Of a stretch of DNA of 64,000 nucleotides, positions 11,804 through 24,556 are shown in pieces. Position 1 is the first letter of the stretch. Each line of letters opens with the position of its first letter. The translations under genes were made by a program, and so were the position numbers. The stretch is from Octopus sinensis (Eukaryota). Where the stretch lies: contig NW_021834239.1 of assembly GCF_006345805.1 (NCBI RefSeq), positions 6,693 to 70,692 on the forward strand, given 5' to 3'. Below the pieces are notes generated by a model that saw only the letters and a program-made list of their open reading frames with translations, was not told where the DNA came from and did not search any database.

Positions 11804-13690
11804 TCACTTACTCATTTTAAAAGTTTCATTTTTTTCTTCTTCTTCTTTTGTATCGTTTTTGATGAGGTGTTTGTATAGTTTTTTCGACAGGTATCGTTGA
11901 TACCCGCCTACCGCATTCGGAAATAATGTTTTCAGTATGTGTGTGTTTGTGTTGGTTATGTAAAATTCTGATGTGTTTCGGTGGTGTGGTGTGCGGATGA
12001 TTGTTTGTCTTAAAGTCATCTTCACAGACGACCATGTTAGATTTGATGTAGTCCATTAATTCTTTATTGGCTGTGTCTATTGCAGTTAGTTGTGTGTGTG
12101 GTTTTACGGGTTCATTACTTTTTTGATTGTCTAGGGGGATGTTGTCCTGAGTTAGATATCTCCCTGCTTTAATTCCTTGTTTGGTGGATTTTTTGGATCT
12201 TTTTCTTTTACCCCCTGTGGCTATTTGCCATTCCGTCGAACTTTCGTCGTCCGACGTATCAGTATGTATGGGGTAGAGGCAAAACATTTGCATTACTATG
12301 TATGCTTGTATAAATTGTTGATGTTTTGTGCGGTGTTTGTGTTGTTGTGGTGTTAGGGGTAGCATTTGTCTTCTCGTCAGTGTTTCTGTCTTTTTAATTG
12401 TCGTCCTGGGTGTGGGCGTGGGTCTATTTTTGTTAATTCAACAGGTTAATTGGTTGTGAAGTCAACGGTGATTGTGTTGGTACTGTTTTCTTGGTGATGT
12501 TGTGGGGTTTGTTTGCTGGTTTGTTGTTTTCTTGGCGTGTTCCATAATTGAGTGTGTTGGTGTTGGTGTTGGCAACAAAGGGATTTTATTTGTTTTCTGA
12601 ATTGTTCTTTCTTGTTTTTTCTGTACCAGATCGCACTTGGCAATCAAATGTTCGGGGCTGCCACATTTGTAGCATCTAGGCTTTTTGCCTTCTGCTATAA
12701 CATATAGGCATTGCCCATTCTCCAAGTATATCTTGTCGGGTAGGCTCTCGATAGAGGCCCCCTCAATCTGGATGGTCACTACTACTGTTTTTCCACCCCA
12801 ATTGTCGTTTAGGTACACGGCTGTTTCTAGAATATTGATCTTTTTCAAGTGGTAACAGATTGCCCCTGTTATCCATTTGTTCGGCATATCGGGGGGTACA
12901 TTTCTGATAGTAATTCTACTCATCCTCTGGTTTTTATAATAAGGGACCATGATGATTTCATCATTTCCCAGAGACTCAGTAGAGTGAGCTTTTGCCACTT
13001 CCTGGTTAGGGAAGCGGACCACTACTGTGTTAAACTGGGGACCCCAGTTTATATACTCTTTTCTTTCATTATGTTTTTAAACATTTCTCCACATCAGTTT
13101 TTGTAATCTGTTCATTTGGTTTTTGTTTTTTCTAATAATTTTATATACAATTGTCTTATTTTCTATTTCTTGTTTTATATGTTGAGGTGTATGCAGGACT
13201 AAATCTTGTCCACGGGTTGTAAGAGAGAGCTCTTGTTTCTATGAGCTCTTCATTTGTGAATGTAACAATCTCCTTTTTCTGGCGAAGAATATCTGCGAAA
13301 TTTAGTGTTGTTGACTTTTTGTATTGGCATCTTCACTATTAGATAGTTCATTTTTATTGTTGTTCTTGTTGTTGCTGTTGTTTTTGTCAATAGTTTTCGT
13401 TTCAGTTTTATTTTTATCATTTATGTTGGTCGTGGTAGTGGTGGTGGTGGTGGTGGGGGGTGGTGGTGTAGGTAGCAGTTGTTGTCTCGTGGTTGCTGTT
13501 GTAGTGGTGGTGGTGGCGGTGGTGACAGGGCTGTTAACGCACGTGGTTGCAGCGTTCATTCTCACCGAATTTTACGTTGGCATTTTCCGTGCGAACGTTC
13601 TTTTTTTTCTCTGTCGTTTCCAGACTAGGAAATGTTGTTCCATAAAAGAACGCGACCAGCGTTCAACAATAAAATTTCTAGACATTTTCT
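11804..13690 (-). pseudogene. Tx1 ORF1 (gag-like nucleic-acid-binding protein), disrupted
   Basis: ORF 12462-13022 has an RRM-like ITIRNVPPDM segment and the knuckle CYKCGSPEHLIAKC; Thr/Asn-rich N-terminal part (13302-13565) and basic C-terminal part (11826-12365) lie in shifted frames. Start position approximate. Confidence 0.8.
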
Positions 13691-13885
13691 AATGTCGAGA
13701 AGAAAATAATAGAAATGAAATGGGGTCGAAACTGCCCCTAGGGGCGAATTCCTCCCTTGGAAAAGCACTCAAATGAAAGTTGGTTGCCTTACACACCTTA
13801 TTTGCAAAAATCTACACAAAAATTGGCCTATAAATAGTCAAAATAAATGATTACCTTCGGAGCTGAAACGACATCACATCCGTCA

Positions 13886-13965
<80 letters not shown>

Positions 13966-14003
13966 GTAGATAGATAGATAGATGGGTAGATAAATAGACA
14001 GAC

Positions 14004-14086
<83 letters not shown>

Positions 14087-14123
14087 TAGACAGACTGATA
14101 GACAGACAGATAGACAGATAGAT

Positions 14124-14170
<47 letters not shown>

Positions 14171-14184
14171 TAGATAGATAGATA
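13886..14184. repeat. (GATA)n/(GACA)n array at the 5' end of the Tx1 element
   Basis: Direct reading. Confidence 0.95.
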
Positions 14185-14361
14185 TGTTTCTTTATTAGCC
14201 ACACAGGGCTGCACACAGATAGAACAAATTACAAGGTAGAGCTTTTCTTTTGAAGGTTTAAAACAAAAAAAAAAAAAAGGAAGGGGGAGTTTCGATCAAA
14301 AGGGATCGTAAAAGGAGAGAAAGAGGACAAAAAAAAGGGGGGTTAAAAAAAAAAAAAAAAA

Positions 14362-14364
<3 letters not shown>
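14185..14364 (-). mobile_element. 5'-truncated Tx1 3'-UTR copy (second subfamily)
   Basis: TTTATTAGCCACACAGGGCTGCACACAGATAG resembles 8006-8035 TTTTATTGTAGCCACACAGGGCTAAACACAG; GATA arrays on both sides; near-identical end at 54343. Confidence 0.8.
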
Positions 14365-14407
<43 letters not shown>

Positions 14408-14431
14408 CGATACAAAGACAGACATACAGAC

Positions 14432-14508
<77 letters not shown>

Positions 14509-14545
14509 GATAAATAGATAGATAGATAAATAGATGGATAGATAT
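14365..14545. repeat. (GATA)n array
   Basis: Direct reading. Confidence 0.95.
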
Positions 14546-14870
14546 AGTGTGTTTGTTTGTGTGTGTGAGCTTGTGCATGTGTTTTCATTCCTAAGCAGAC
14601 TCTTTAACCCTTTTTAAACAGGTATAAGTTATAATCGATGTGAGATATAATCGATATATTATTGCAAAAGTATGTATGGTTTTATTCATGTCGCTTCCAA
14701 ACGACCTCGTCTATACCATGGAGGACTGACACATTCATTTTTCGGCTTACAAATTCATGTTTTGAGCACTATCTACTTCAAACTTTCATTTACTTATAAA
14801 TCTACGAATTTATGAATGCGCATGTAATTTTGTATGCACCTGTTAAACTGGAAAGGAGAGGTTGAATGTG

Positions 14871-14924
<54 letters not shown>

Positions 14925-15751
14925 TATATGTGTGTGTGTATCAGGTTTCATGTAAACATATATGCTTAAATTTGTGTATGCATGCATATATGTGTGTGTG
15001 TATGTGCGCGTGTCTGTGTGTAACTCTATATATTTGTGTGCTGGTGTGTGTTAAGATAAATATTAGTTTTATATATAGCCTTCTTCTTGGTTCCACTTTG
15101 CATGCTGTCAATGTTTCAACTAGACCAGAATGTGGCATATGCCAACATTTTTAATGATGCACACCCAGCGTTAAATAATCTTCATTTTCGATTTTATCGG
15201 GGTTTCGGAAACTGGAAAACTGGCACTAATTATTTCCAAAAACTCTGCTAATACCGAAAAATAGAAAGAAGCAAACAAATATACCGATAATGAGTGTATA
15301 TTTATAGAGCAAGAAATTTTTCCTCATTTCTTCTCCACCATATTATTTTCAACTTCAAGTTATTTTTTCCTCTTCTCCCTCTTCTTTTTTGATACTTTTC
15401 TTTTGCTTCTGTTTCGTCGTTTTTAGCTGTTTACCCTCTTCTCAATTTACTCCTTCCTGCCACATGTATTTTGTAGTAATGCCTTTTGTAATGTTATTCT
15501 ATTGCTATTATTATGAGGATGGTGCACATCAAATTCGAACACTGCATGACAAAAAGCCTTGTGCTATTTATGATTCTTTACATTCTAGATTTTTATGCTA
15601 CACTAATGGATTCAGTTCTTCTCACTCCGAGAATTGTAGTCGCTGCAATAAACTGTAGCCCACCCACTGCAACAAATTTTGTTGCCCTGTCCTCACACTA
15701 AATATTCTTATTCTTCTTATTATTATTATTGCCATGTTCTTAAAATATATT

Positions 15752-15983
15752 TGTTTCTTTACTACTCACAAGGGGCTAAACATAGAGGGGGCAAACAAGG
15801 ACAGACAAACGGATTAAGTCGATTACATCGACCTCAGTGCGTAACTGGTACTTAATATAACGACCCCGAAAGGATGAAAGGCAAAGTCGACCTCGGCGGA
15901 ATTTGAACTCAGAACGTTGCGGCAGACGAAATATGGCTACACATTTCGCCCGGCGTGCTAACGTTTCTGCCAGCTCGCCGCCT
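15752..15983 (-). mobile_element. SINE family A, full length, 17-bp TSD
   Basis: Reverse complement of the 6442 element; TGTTCTTAAAATATATT at 15735-15751 and 15984-16000. Confidence 0.92.
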
Positions 15984-18680
15984 TGTTCTTAAAATATATT
16001 GGTGCATAACTATTGCAGTAATAAGTGAAGCTCTGTGTTTTAGTACTATCAGCTGCATTGCCTTATGGAAGCATAGAATTGTATTAGTATACTATATGGC
16101 TTTCTTGCTGACGACAAGAAAAGACAGATACATGTGAACTCTACCAGAAAAGATTCAAAAACTATATAAGGGTGATTACTCTCTGAGAAACGACCGAACT
16201 GTGATGAAAGCAGTGATGAGGACGATTAACTATCATATATGATCGAACCAATATTGAATACAGAAAACCATTTATCTGTAATGCAATGTTATTCCGTGCG
16301 TTTAACGATTGCTCAGACACACATGTAGTCAGAACATAGGAGATACTCGGAAGATAGGTTAGAGATTAAAGGAAAAGACTGCAATCACTTGAAATAGTAC
16401 TATACTGTAGAGTTAGAATATTATCTACTTTAAATTAATCAAAAATTGTTGGCGGGCACCTACCCGTACGAGTTGGTTTCATTCAGAATAAAGGGAGGTG
16501 AAAGAGGCTACGGAGTACAGTTCCATCTCAGAAACAGCTTCTTTTCCGGGTTTGGACAAGAGTCCGAAATTATTCTCTGATTTCATTTGAATATATGTTT
16601 GATTGTATTTTGTTAAATGCACTCTATTTTGTTATATTTGATGTCTTTATTCCTGTATATTGTATATATTTTTATATAATTTTGAATTAACCGTACTTAC
16701 AATGCAAAATGTCTTACAGTCCTACTCACACCATTGTATGTCATATTTATCACAGCCCTTACTAATTTGACTGCAGCTGGGGTAGTTTAGTTTTTAGAAA
16801 ATGAGGACAGAGAGCGTCATTAATAGCGAGGAGCGACAAAATGAGACACCAAGGGCTGAATAACAACAAACTAACCCACACACAAGAAATGTAGTACGTG
16901 TAGAAAATATATATACAAATGTTATTGTCAGAGATATGATTCTTATAAGATCAAGTGACATTTTCTTCATAATGTTTGAGAAAGTAAGACATGTGGCATA
17001 ACTGTTGGGCTGGAACTCTCTGGTCATCTAATACTTAGTGACCACTAATAATCACAAGGCTATTCCGCAGCTTTAACCTATTGGGTCACTGCTCTGGAAT
17101 AAGAAGTAGGATCTCGCGAGGGACTAGAGCGTAAGTCAGTTTAACTCGGAATAAAAGTTACAAGATTTTGTTTTTACTTGGAGTAAAAAATATTGAACGA
17201 TAGTCTTCTATCCGGAGAAGAAATAAAGTAAACAACAAAGGATTAAACAAAGCACTATGTTTGTTTTTTTTGTTTTCTTTTCTTTTTAAAGGATCAACAG
17301 TGGGGGAAGCACAATATATAACGTGTAACATTCTTCTATCAACAATCAAAAGATCAATGATAGCGTCCATTTGAAAAGAGAAGTTGCAAAGTTGACTTCC
17401 GTGAACACAAATTAAAAAAAAGCGGGGAAAAGTACCGCGGACCATTATAACCAGCGCTCTACCGACCCAGCCAATTCCCCGGTTTATGTTGTTGTATAGC
17501 TCCATGCCAACCCTAGTTCCATCCGTGACAATTACTTTTTGATTTCAGGCCATGTATCGGAACTTTTATCTTAATAATACCCTTTCAGTTTTTTAAGATA
17601 GCCGGACATTGTTCGAGGGAATCTTATTCTATCTTGCTTTTCTCTCTTGTTTTTTTTTTTTTTTTGCGTTCATTTGCTTTTTATTTTATTTTTGTAGTAG
17701 AGTAGGATAATTAACAACTTTCAGTAATTAAAAGAGAGTGTCATTAAATTCTGAAGAACAGGAGATTACGTTTGAAACGTTATTTTATTTTCCACATCCG
17801 GGTGAGTTTATCTTAGATATGACCTCTGAATTATTTAAATTACGGAATATCCTTGAAATGTGTGAAATAGCTGAATGTTGACTTTATACATTTTTTTTTT
17901 CTCATATTATTTTGAAAAGCTAAAATTCGAAAATGCTATTAGCCTTAAGATTTACACTCAACCTTGATCCTATTTCAATAGCTATATTTGACAAGAATTG
18001 AAATTAATTAATGTGCTAATTAATTAATTAATTTTATTCATGAGATTTCAAGCATATTTATATATTAAAATATTTTTTAGATAAAAAAAAACGAAAATTA
18101 TTATAAACCCCCCATTTTCTCAATTATTTTATCAACACGTGAAGGGTGAACGACGGCAGAATTTCACTGGTTTGGAATATTATTTCCCCTTATATTCTGA
18201 GTTCAAATTCCGCTGATAATGTATTGGATTTCGAATTCTTACATAGTCTGCATTAAAATAAAATAATTGAGTAACGCAATGGTATTGAGATAATGACCAT
18301 GTTTCGTTGTGCCTCAAAAATAAAATCATTCTAAATACATATATTTGGAGGTAATATAACCGCTTTAAGTCCCGAATGATGTGTCGTGAGGGAAACGCCA
18401 TCTAATACATTTATCAGTTGGAGATAGCTTACAAATATACTTAAAATCACGCAGCATCTTAAAAATGAACAAAATATTGCATAATATAATCTGCATTGCA
18501 CTATGTGGAGTGGTCATATCTAGAATGCTTTCGAACATCTATTCTAGTAAGGTTCACATGGGACAAAGAATTTCTGAATAAATCACAAAATGACAGAAAC
18601 TGTCCAAACTTTTGCAGCAGAAAAACTTACTAATTTTTACATAAGTAGTAGCTACAATGACCTAACCAACAAAACGGACT

Positions 18681-18990
18681 GGAGGCACATGGCGTAGTGG
18701 TTAGAGCAGTGGACTTGCGGTCGTGGGATCGCGGGTTCGAATCTCAGACCGGGCGATGTGCGTGCTTATGAGCGAAACACCTAAGCTCCACGCGGCTCCG
18801 GCAGAAGGTAATGGCGAATTTCTGCTGACTCTTTCGCCACAACATTCTCTCACTCTTTCACTCTGCATCTTGCAGCTCACCTGCGATGGACCCGCGTCCC
18901 GTCCAGGTGGGGAACCTATATGCCCAGGAAACCGTGAAACCGGCCCTTATGAGCCAGGTATGGCTCGAGAAGGAACATACAAACAAACCA
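18681..18990 (+). mobile_element. tRNA-derived SINE (family C) with AAC-rich tail and TSD
   Basis: A box TGGCGTAGTGG, B box GGTTCGAATCT; AACCAACAAAACG at 18664-18676 and 18986-18998; second copy at 42795-43083. Confidence 0.88.
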
Positions 18991-19209
18991 ACAAAACGAC
19001 CATTTTTCCCCCATTTTCTAAAAATATGATACCTAATGGGATATCACACTATATATCCTTAACCGGAAATTATTTTCCTTATGAGAGCAGTTAGTACTTA
19101 TATTATCTCCTACTGTACCTCTCCCTCCACCTCTCTCATATTATAGTGTATTCCTTTATTCTAGTTTACTGTCGATTGCTGTTTATCTTTGTGCCACTCT
19201 TAACTTCTT

Positions 19210-19242
<33 letters not shown>

Positions 19243-19792
19243 ATATATCTTATCTATCTCTTTCTCGTTCTATCTCTTCTTCATTCACAGTAGCTTCCAG
19301 GCAGTCAGTCTCCGCTCTCATTTATCTATTATACCCTTTTTAAATATCTTCGCTTTTTATTTGTTTGTTTTTTTTGTTTTGTTTTTTGCCATCTCTGCAC
19401 CATTAGATGGTACTTTCTTTTTACTTTTCAATAATGCCCATCACAGTTTTTCACGGTGTTATTTCAAATGTTACAAAATAAAACCTCACAGAATCAGGTT
19501 TCCAGATAAATCACTTATCAACAAAGGAATGGTAACGAGAGAGTTCTATAAACAAATTGAAGACACAACTCAAATAATGTAACGTTTAGAAACTAGAAGA
19601 AATTTCATATATATGCTTTAAAACAAAACGGAAGGGGATATATAATATGGGAAAAATAAACAATCTCATTTATATTCATTTGACCATGGTGAACATTATC
19701 TATGAAAAATTAGGCATCAGAAAATTAATTTTCAATTAATAGTTGCTTTGCAAATAATCATATTACATATTGAATATGTATATATATATTAC

Positions 19793-20095
19793 ACACAGTG
19801 ACCAACCAGGCTATCAGATGTTGCTACACATCGCTGGTCACACTGCGCTTTGCATTGGTTTAGCCTTCAAATGACGCCACCCCGCTGGCTGAGCGACCAG
19901 GCCAACAGAAGAAAGAGTGAGAGAAAGCTGTGGCGAAAGTTTACAACATGGATCGCCACCCTACCCCCTGCCGGAGCATCGTGGAGCTTTAGGTGTTTTC
20001 GCTCAATAAACACGTACAACGCCCGGTCTGGGAATAGAAACCACGATCCTACGACCGCGAGTCCGCTGCCCCAACCACTGGGCTATTGCACCTCC
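19793..20095 (-). mobile_element. tRNA-derived SINE, family D head with a different 3' module
   Basis: Head GGAGGTGCAATAGCCCAGTGGTTGGGGCAGCGGACTCGCGG matches 24987-25363; tail (ATTTGAAGGCTAA...CTGATAGCCTGGTTGGTCACTGTG) differs. Confidence 0.8.
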
Positions 20096-20107
20096 ATATA
20101 TATATAT

Positions 20108-20181
<74 letters not shown>

Positions 20182-20229
20182 TGTATGTATGTGTGTGTGA
20201 GAGAGAGTGTGTGTGTGTGTCTGAGTATT

Positions 20230-20400
20230 TGTCTATGTATGTGTATGTGTGTGTGTTTGTGTTTCTGTATTTGTTCCCCCATTATCACTTGACAACTGAT
20301 GTTGGTGTGTTTATGTTCCCGTAACTTAGCGGGAACTAGGCTTAGAAAGAATAAGTCCTGCGATCGAAGTGTTCGGCTAAAGGCGGTGCTACAACCCGGA
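20230..20400 (+). mobile_element. SINE family E 3' half
   Basis: CACTTGACAACTGATGTTGGTGTGTTT...CTAGGCTTAGAAAGAATAAGTCCTG...TAAAGGCGGTGCT matches 27010-27150. Confidence 0.7.
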
Positions 20401-20904
20401 GCTCTAATGGAAAAAAATCTGCCCACAGAACAATGCAGTGTATCTGAGCCCAGACCCACTTGGTCAGAAAACCAGTTTATTCGTCAAGAGCAACACCTAA
20501 TCCATTGAAGATTAAATGAATGGAATCAACCTGCGATAGAGCAGAATATGTCATACACATATGTGCCTTCAGAGTTTTATTCAAGTAGGATCAAAGCGTC
20601 GTGGTGTAACAAATCTTAACTGTTGAATATCACGTGCAGATTACCTGTTGAGCTTTCACACACTTTCCATTAAATCATTCACTGAAAAAGCTTAACGAGT
20701 GTATATAAGTTTATACTTCTTAATAGAATTAGAGCCATTTTCATATTACATCTAATCCTTTTTAAACGCTGATGCACTTTTTGATTTACTTTAGTGCATC
20801 TAGAATTGAATTAATCGCCAAGACAACAACAACCATTACAAAACAACAACATTAATTTCATGCCAGTAAGTTACAAACTAAAGTGACGAACGTGCAAAAC
20901 CTTG

Positions 20905-21100
20905 AGCACACCGTGCAAAAAAATGCTTAGCGTCATATCGCCCATCTTTACTCTCAGACTTCAAAATGCGACGAGTTCGAGTTTGCCTTTTATCTTTTCG
21001 GGGGTCGATAAAATAAGAAGTATTTGTACACTGGGATCGATGTAGCCCATTTTTTCCTTCTCCTGAAATTGCAGGCCTTGCGCCAAGATTAGAAATCAAT
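20905..21100 (+). mobile_element. Degenerate SINE family A body with alternative tail
   Basis: TTTGCCTTTTATCTTTTCGGGGGTCGATAAAATAAG core matches family A; tail CCTGAAATTGCAGGCCTTGCGCCAA differs (similar tail at 52290-52480). Confidence 0.6.
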
Positions 21101-22009
21101 AAGGTACAGGGTACCTTACACTGAAGAACCTGCATAGAAATTTTTCAGCAAGAAGTTGTATATCATACCAGTAATTGTAGCTTTCACAAAACTTCAGATT
21201 TGTCATTCGTATTACTATATTACCTACACTTCGAATATAGTCTTTGTAGGTAGGTCGCAAAGTGAAAAATCGATACAGTTGCTAATATGCAGAGTAACAT
21301 TATAAATTTGTATAACATACGTTGTATATTTGTATGTTGTGTTCATTTTCTTTTCTACATATCATATTTTAAAGTTCAGTTTTTGAATGTATGACATTTT
21401 GCGATTTTACTTCTCATTTCTTTTTTGCTACATGACGTATACGTAAAATATATGTAAGTTGCATGTTTTTCAACTTCTTTTTATATAACATTTATGGTTT
21501 TGCAATATATCAAAAGCTGCAAGAAGCCTCCATGTTTTAAACGATTCTTCATGCGTGTGATGCAAATATAAATTATATGTTTTAATAATTAATTATCGAA
21601 TATGTAATTTTTTCGAAAGAATTACAGTTTGGAAAGAATAAGAAAAGAAAAAGACTCTTGTTTTCTGAAGATGCAAACTGATATTTTCAAAAGACTTCTG
21701 CGACTTCATTGCCTTACATTTCCACAAGCATTTATCTACACACATGCATAGAACTCTACTTGTTAATCCACGTGTCAATGACTCTTTATTACATTCAACT
21801 AGAATGTGGTTAAAAACATACATACATACACGAGGAATGTGCAGCCATAAATGTCAGTAACAGTGGCGATGTTGCTAAACTATTTATGGCTACTTATAGT
21901 ATGGTATGGTGGGACAGGAGACTCAGACAGAAATTAGCACGGAACTCCATGGATGATATAAACATAGTAACCAAAGCATCCGTCCCAAGACAATATATAT
22001 ATATTATAG

Positions 22010-22285
22010 ACAGAGCTTCGCAGGAAACACTAATTCGACGAGATGTGTTCTGTCCTCACCTTCGAAACACGCTGGAGTTGAACTAGGGACAGCTGATGAA
22101 TGGGATTTTCGTTGTTAAAAAAATGGTACGTTGCATGCTGTTTTTACGTTTTCGTTGCTCGTTGAGTTCTACGTCTATTTGTGGTGTCATATACACACGT
22201 ATATATATTTATATATGCATGTATATATACATGTAAATGTAGGTACGTACATATGTTTGTATGTATGCATATATTTTATTTATTA
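22010..22285 (+). repeat. Dispersed repeat, copy 1 (copy 2 at 46180-46465)
   Basis: Shared blocks CTTCGAAAC, CTAG(G/C)GACAGCTGATGA and TTTATATATGCATGTATATATACATGTA(A/G)ATGTAGGTACGTACATAT(AT)GTTTGTATGTATGCATATATTTT. Confidence 0.75.
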
Positions 22286-22362
22286 CACTATTGTATGACT
22301 GAACGCCTTCGCGTCGATTCGATTCGTTTGGTTTCGTTTCGTTTCTTCTTCTTCTCTAAGCT

Positions 22363-22424
<62 letters not shown>

Positions 22425-22425
<1 letters not shown>

Positions 22426-22529
22426 TCCATCGTGGCCAAATTCTAATGAATGACACATGTAAAAGAATAAAAATATAAAAGAATACATAAATATGTATGT
22501 ATGGCTGGAAGGCTGGATGTATATATGTA

Positions 22530-22576
<47 letters not shown>

Positions 22577-22685
22577 TATATACATATATACATCCAGCCT
22601 TCCAGCCATACATACATATTTATGTATTCTTTTATATTTTTATTCTTTTACATGTGTCATTCATTAGAATTTGGCCACGCTGGAG
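22425..22685. repeat. Near-perfect inverted repeat (~105-bp arms) centred on (TA)n
   Basis: 22425-22530 is the reverse complement of 22578-22685; one mismatch seen (CTCCATCGTGG vs CTCCAGCGTGG). Confidence 0.92.
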
Positions 22686-22886
22686 TACCGCCTTGAAGGG
22701 TTCTAGTTGAACAAATAGGCCACGTGGCTTATGTTTTAAAGCCTACTACTTTTTATTATCATACTACTTTGGCATACCGCCACGTTAGGGAGACGTAAAC
22801 GCACCAACACCGTTGTCAAGCGCAGATCGAAAGACACACGCGCGCAATCACGCACGCACACACACACACATATATATATATATATA

Positions 22887-22917
<31 letters not shown>

Positions 22918-22944
22918 TATAATATATAATATTATATATATATA

Positions 22945-22984
<40 letters not shown>

Positions 22985-23327
22985 TATATACAATGGACTC
23001 CTTTCAGTATCCCTCGACAATTTACTTTGTTAGTTCAAATTCTATAGAGATCAATTAAATCTTTTTTCCAACCATGGTACTTCATATAAAATATCAATGA
23101 AATAATTCTATTGCTAAACAGACTATTCCATTATCCGAAATAGACTATTACGTTAACCGAAATTACAGAGATTACTTGTTGCCATTGTTTAGCTTTGTGT
23201 CATCAAAGATCAGCAGACTTTTACTCAAACATCTTCCGGTTAATTGTACCATTTTTTTTCTTTGGGTGGCGTGACATTAATGCTCAACTTGTTCTGTTTT
23301 TATTTCAGACAGTAATATTTCACTAGT

Positions 23328-23650
23328 GAGGGCGCGTGGCTTAGTGGTTAGGGCATTCGGCTCATGATCGTAAGGTTGTGAGTTCGATTCCCGGCGACGC
23401 GTTGTGTCCTTGAGCAAGACACTTTATTTCACGTTGTTCCAGTCCACTCAGCTGGCAAAAATGAGTTGTATTTGTATTTCAAAGGGTCAGCCTTGTCACT
23501 CTCTGTGTCACGCTGATTATCCCCGAGAACTACGTTAAGGGTACACGTGTCTGTGGAATGCTCAGCCATTTGCACGTTAATTTCACGAGCAAGCTGTTCC
23601 GTTGATCGTATCAGCTGGGACCGTCGTCGTCGTAACCGGCGGAGTCTTTA
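23328..23650 (+). mobile_element. tRNA-derived SINE (family B) with 11-bp TSD
   Basis: A box TGGCTTAGTGG, B box AGTTCGATTCC; AATATTTCACT on both flanks. Confidence 0.9.
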
Positions 23651-24079
23651 AAAAAATATTTCACTCCCAGATAACCATTCAAAAATGCTTACACCTCACA
23701 GTCTAGATAGTTGAAGCTGCGAACTGATCTAGATGTATATACAGCAATTTTCTACGGCGAGAAATATTCTCCACGAGACAACACAGTGAATGATTTGTTT
23801 ACGAGTCCAAACGTGCCACAAGCATATTTAAACTGGTAACAACATTGCAGTAAAATATCAAGGACGGTTTTCCGAAATTTGAAAATTGTTGTATAGATGT
23901 ACAGAACCTTCCTCCCAGGTATATTTATTAATTTTATTTCACAAAATATAATTATCAGAAATACATTGCCTACATTGGAAAATTGTACAATAAGAGATTA
24001 GATTATAGTATCTCTCCCTCACCCTCTATCTCCGTGTTTCCCTCTTTTCTTTCTTTCTCTACCTGTCTCTCTGTCTCTG

Positions 24080-24138
<59 letters not shown>

Positions 24139-24254
24139 GAATAAAGCCGTGGATTTTAAACTTACGGCGACAATATTTACATACCGCCTGAAGAAACACA
24201 ACAAGATCTCATAATGCAGAGAAACAGTTGCATGAAACCCGGAAGTACATATAT

Positions 24255-24306
<52 letters not shown>

Positions 24307-24361
24307 GGTAGTGAACAGCTGACACTGTAATGCATCTCTCGCGTCAGAAGCTGTGCGAATG

Positions 24362-24392
24362 CAACAACAACAGTAAAAGCAACAACAACAAC

Positions 24393-24463
<71 letters not shown>
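24362..24463. repeat. (AAC)n(AAT)n array
   Basis: Direct reading. Confidence 0.95.
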
Positions 24464-24465
<2 letters not shown>

Positions 24466-24509
24466 TCGAAAAACACCTTAGCAATGAGAACCCAGGTCGA
24501 AATTTCCCC

Positions 24510-24556
24510 AAGACACCTGATGAAGGCTGCAGGGTATATCAGCCGAAACGTTGTGT
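24510..24556 (+). ncRNA. Minimal type I hammerhead-like motif in a ~150-bp repeat after (AAT)n
   Basis: ACAC-CTGATGA-A-GGCTG(CAGGGTATAT)CAGCC-GAAAC-GTT-GTGT; zero-loop palindromic stem III (AACGTT) would need a dimer. Confidence 0.65.

Larger units (their letters stand above)
8003..13886 (-). mobile_element. Near full-length Tx1-clade (L1 group) non-LTR retrotransposon
   Basis: ORF1 with CX2CX4HX4C knuckle, then ORF2 with APE, RT and C-terminal CCHC motifs; 3' UTR ending ...GGCTACAATAAAATG; GATA arrays on both flanks. Confidence 0.92.

Noticed and set aside
13324-13692. 122-aa hydrophobic plus-strand ORF
   Set aside because: Antisense of the Thr/Asn-rich Tx1 ORF1 region.
16690-16790. Possible tiny minus-strand exon (CSQISKGCDKYDIQW) with nearby AG and GTGAGT
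   Set aside because: Splice-like motifs are expected by chance; no homology or partner exon.
18681-18755. tRNA-like sequence with A and B boxes (also 23328, 25290-25360, 43020-43083)
   Set aside because: No complete acceptor stem, and each continues into a multi-copy body with TSDs, so these are SINE heads rather than tRNA genes.
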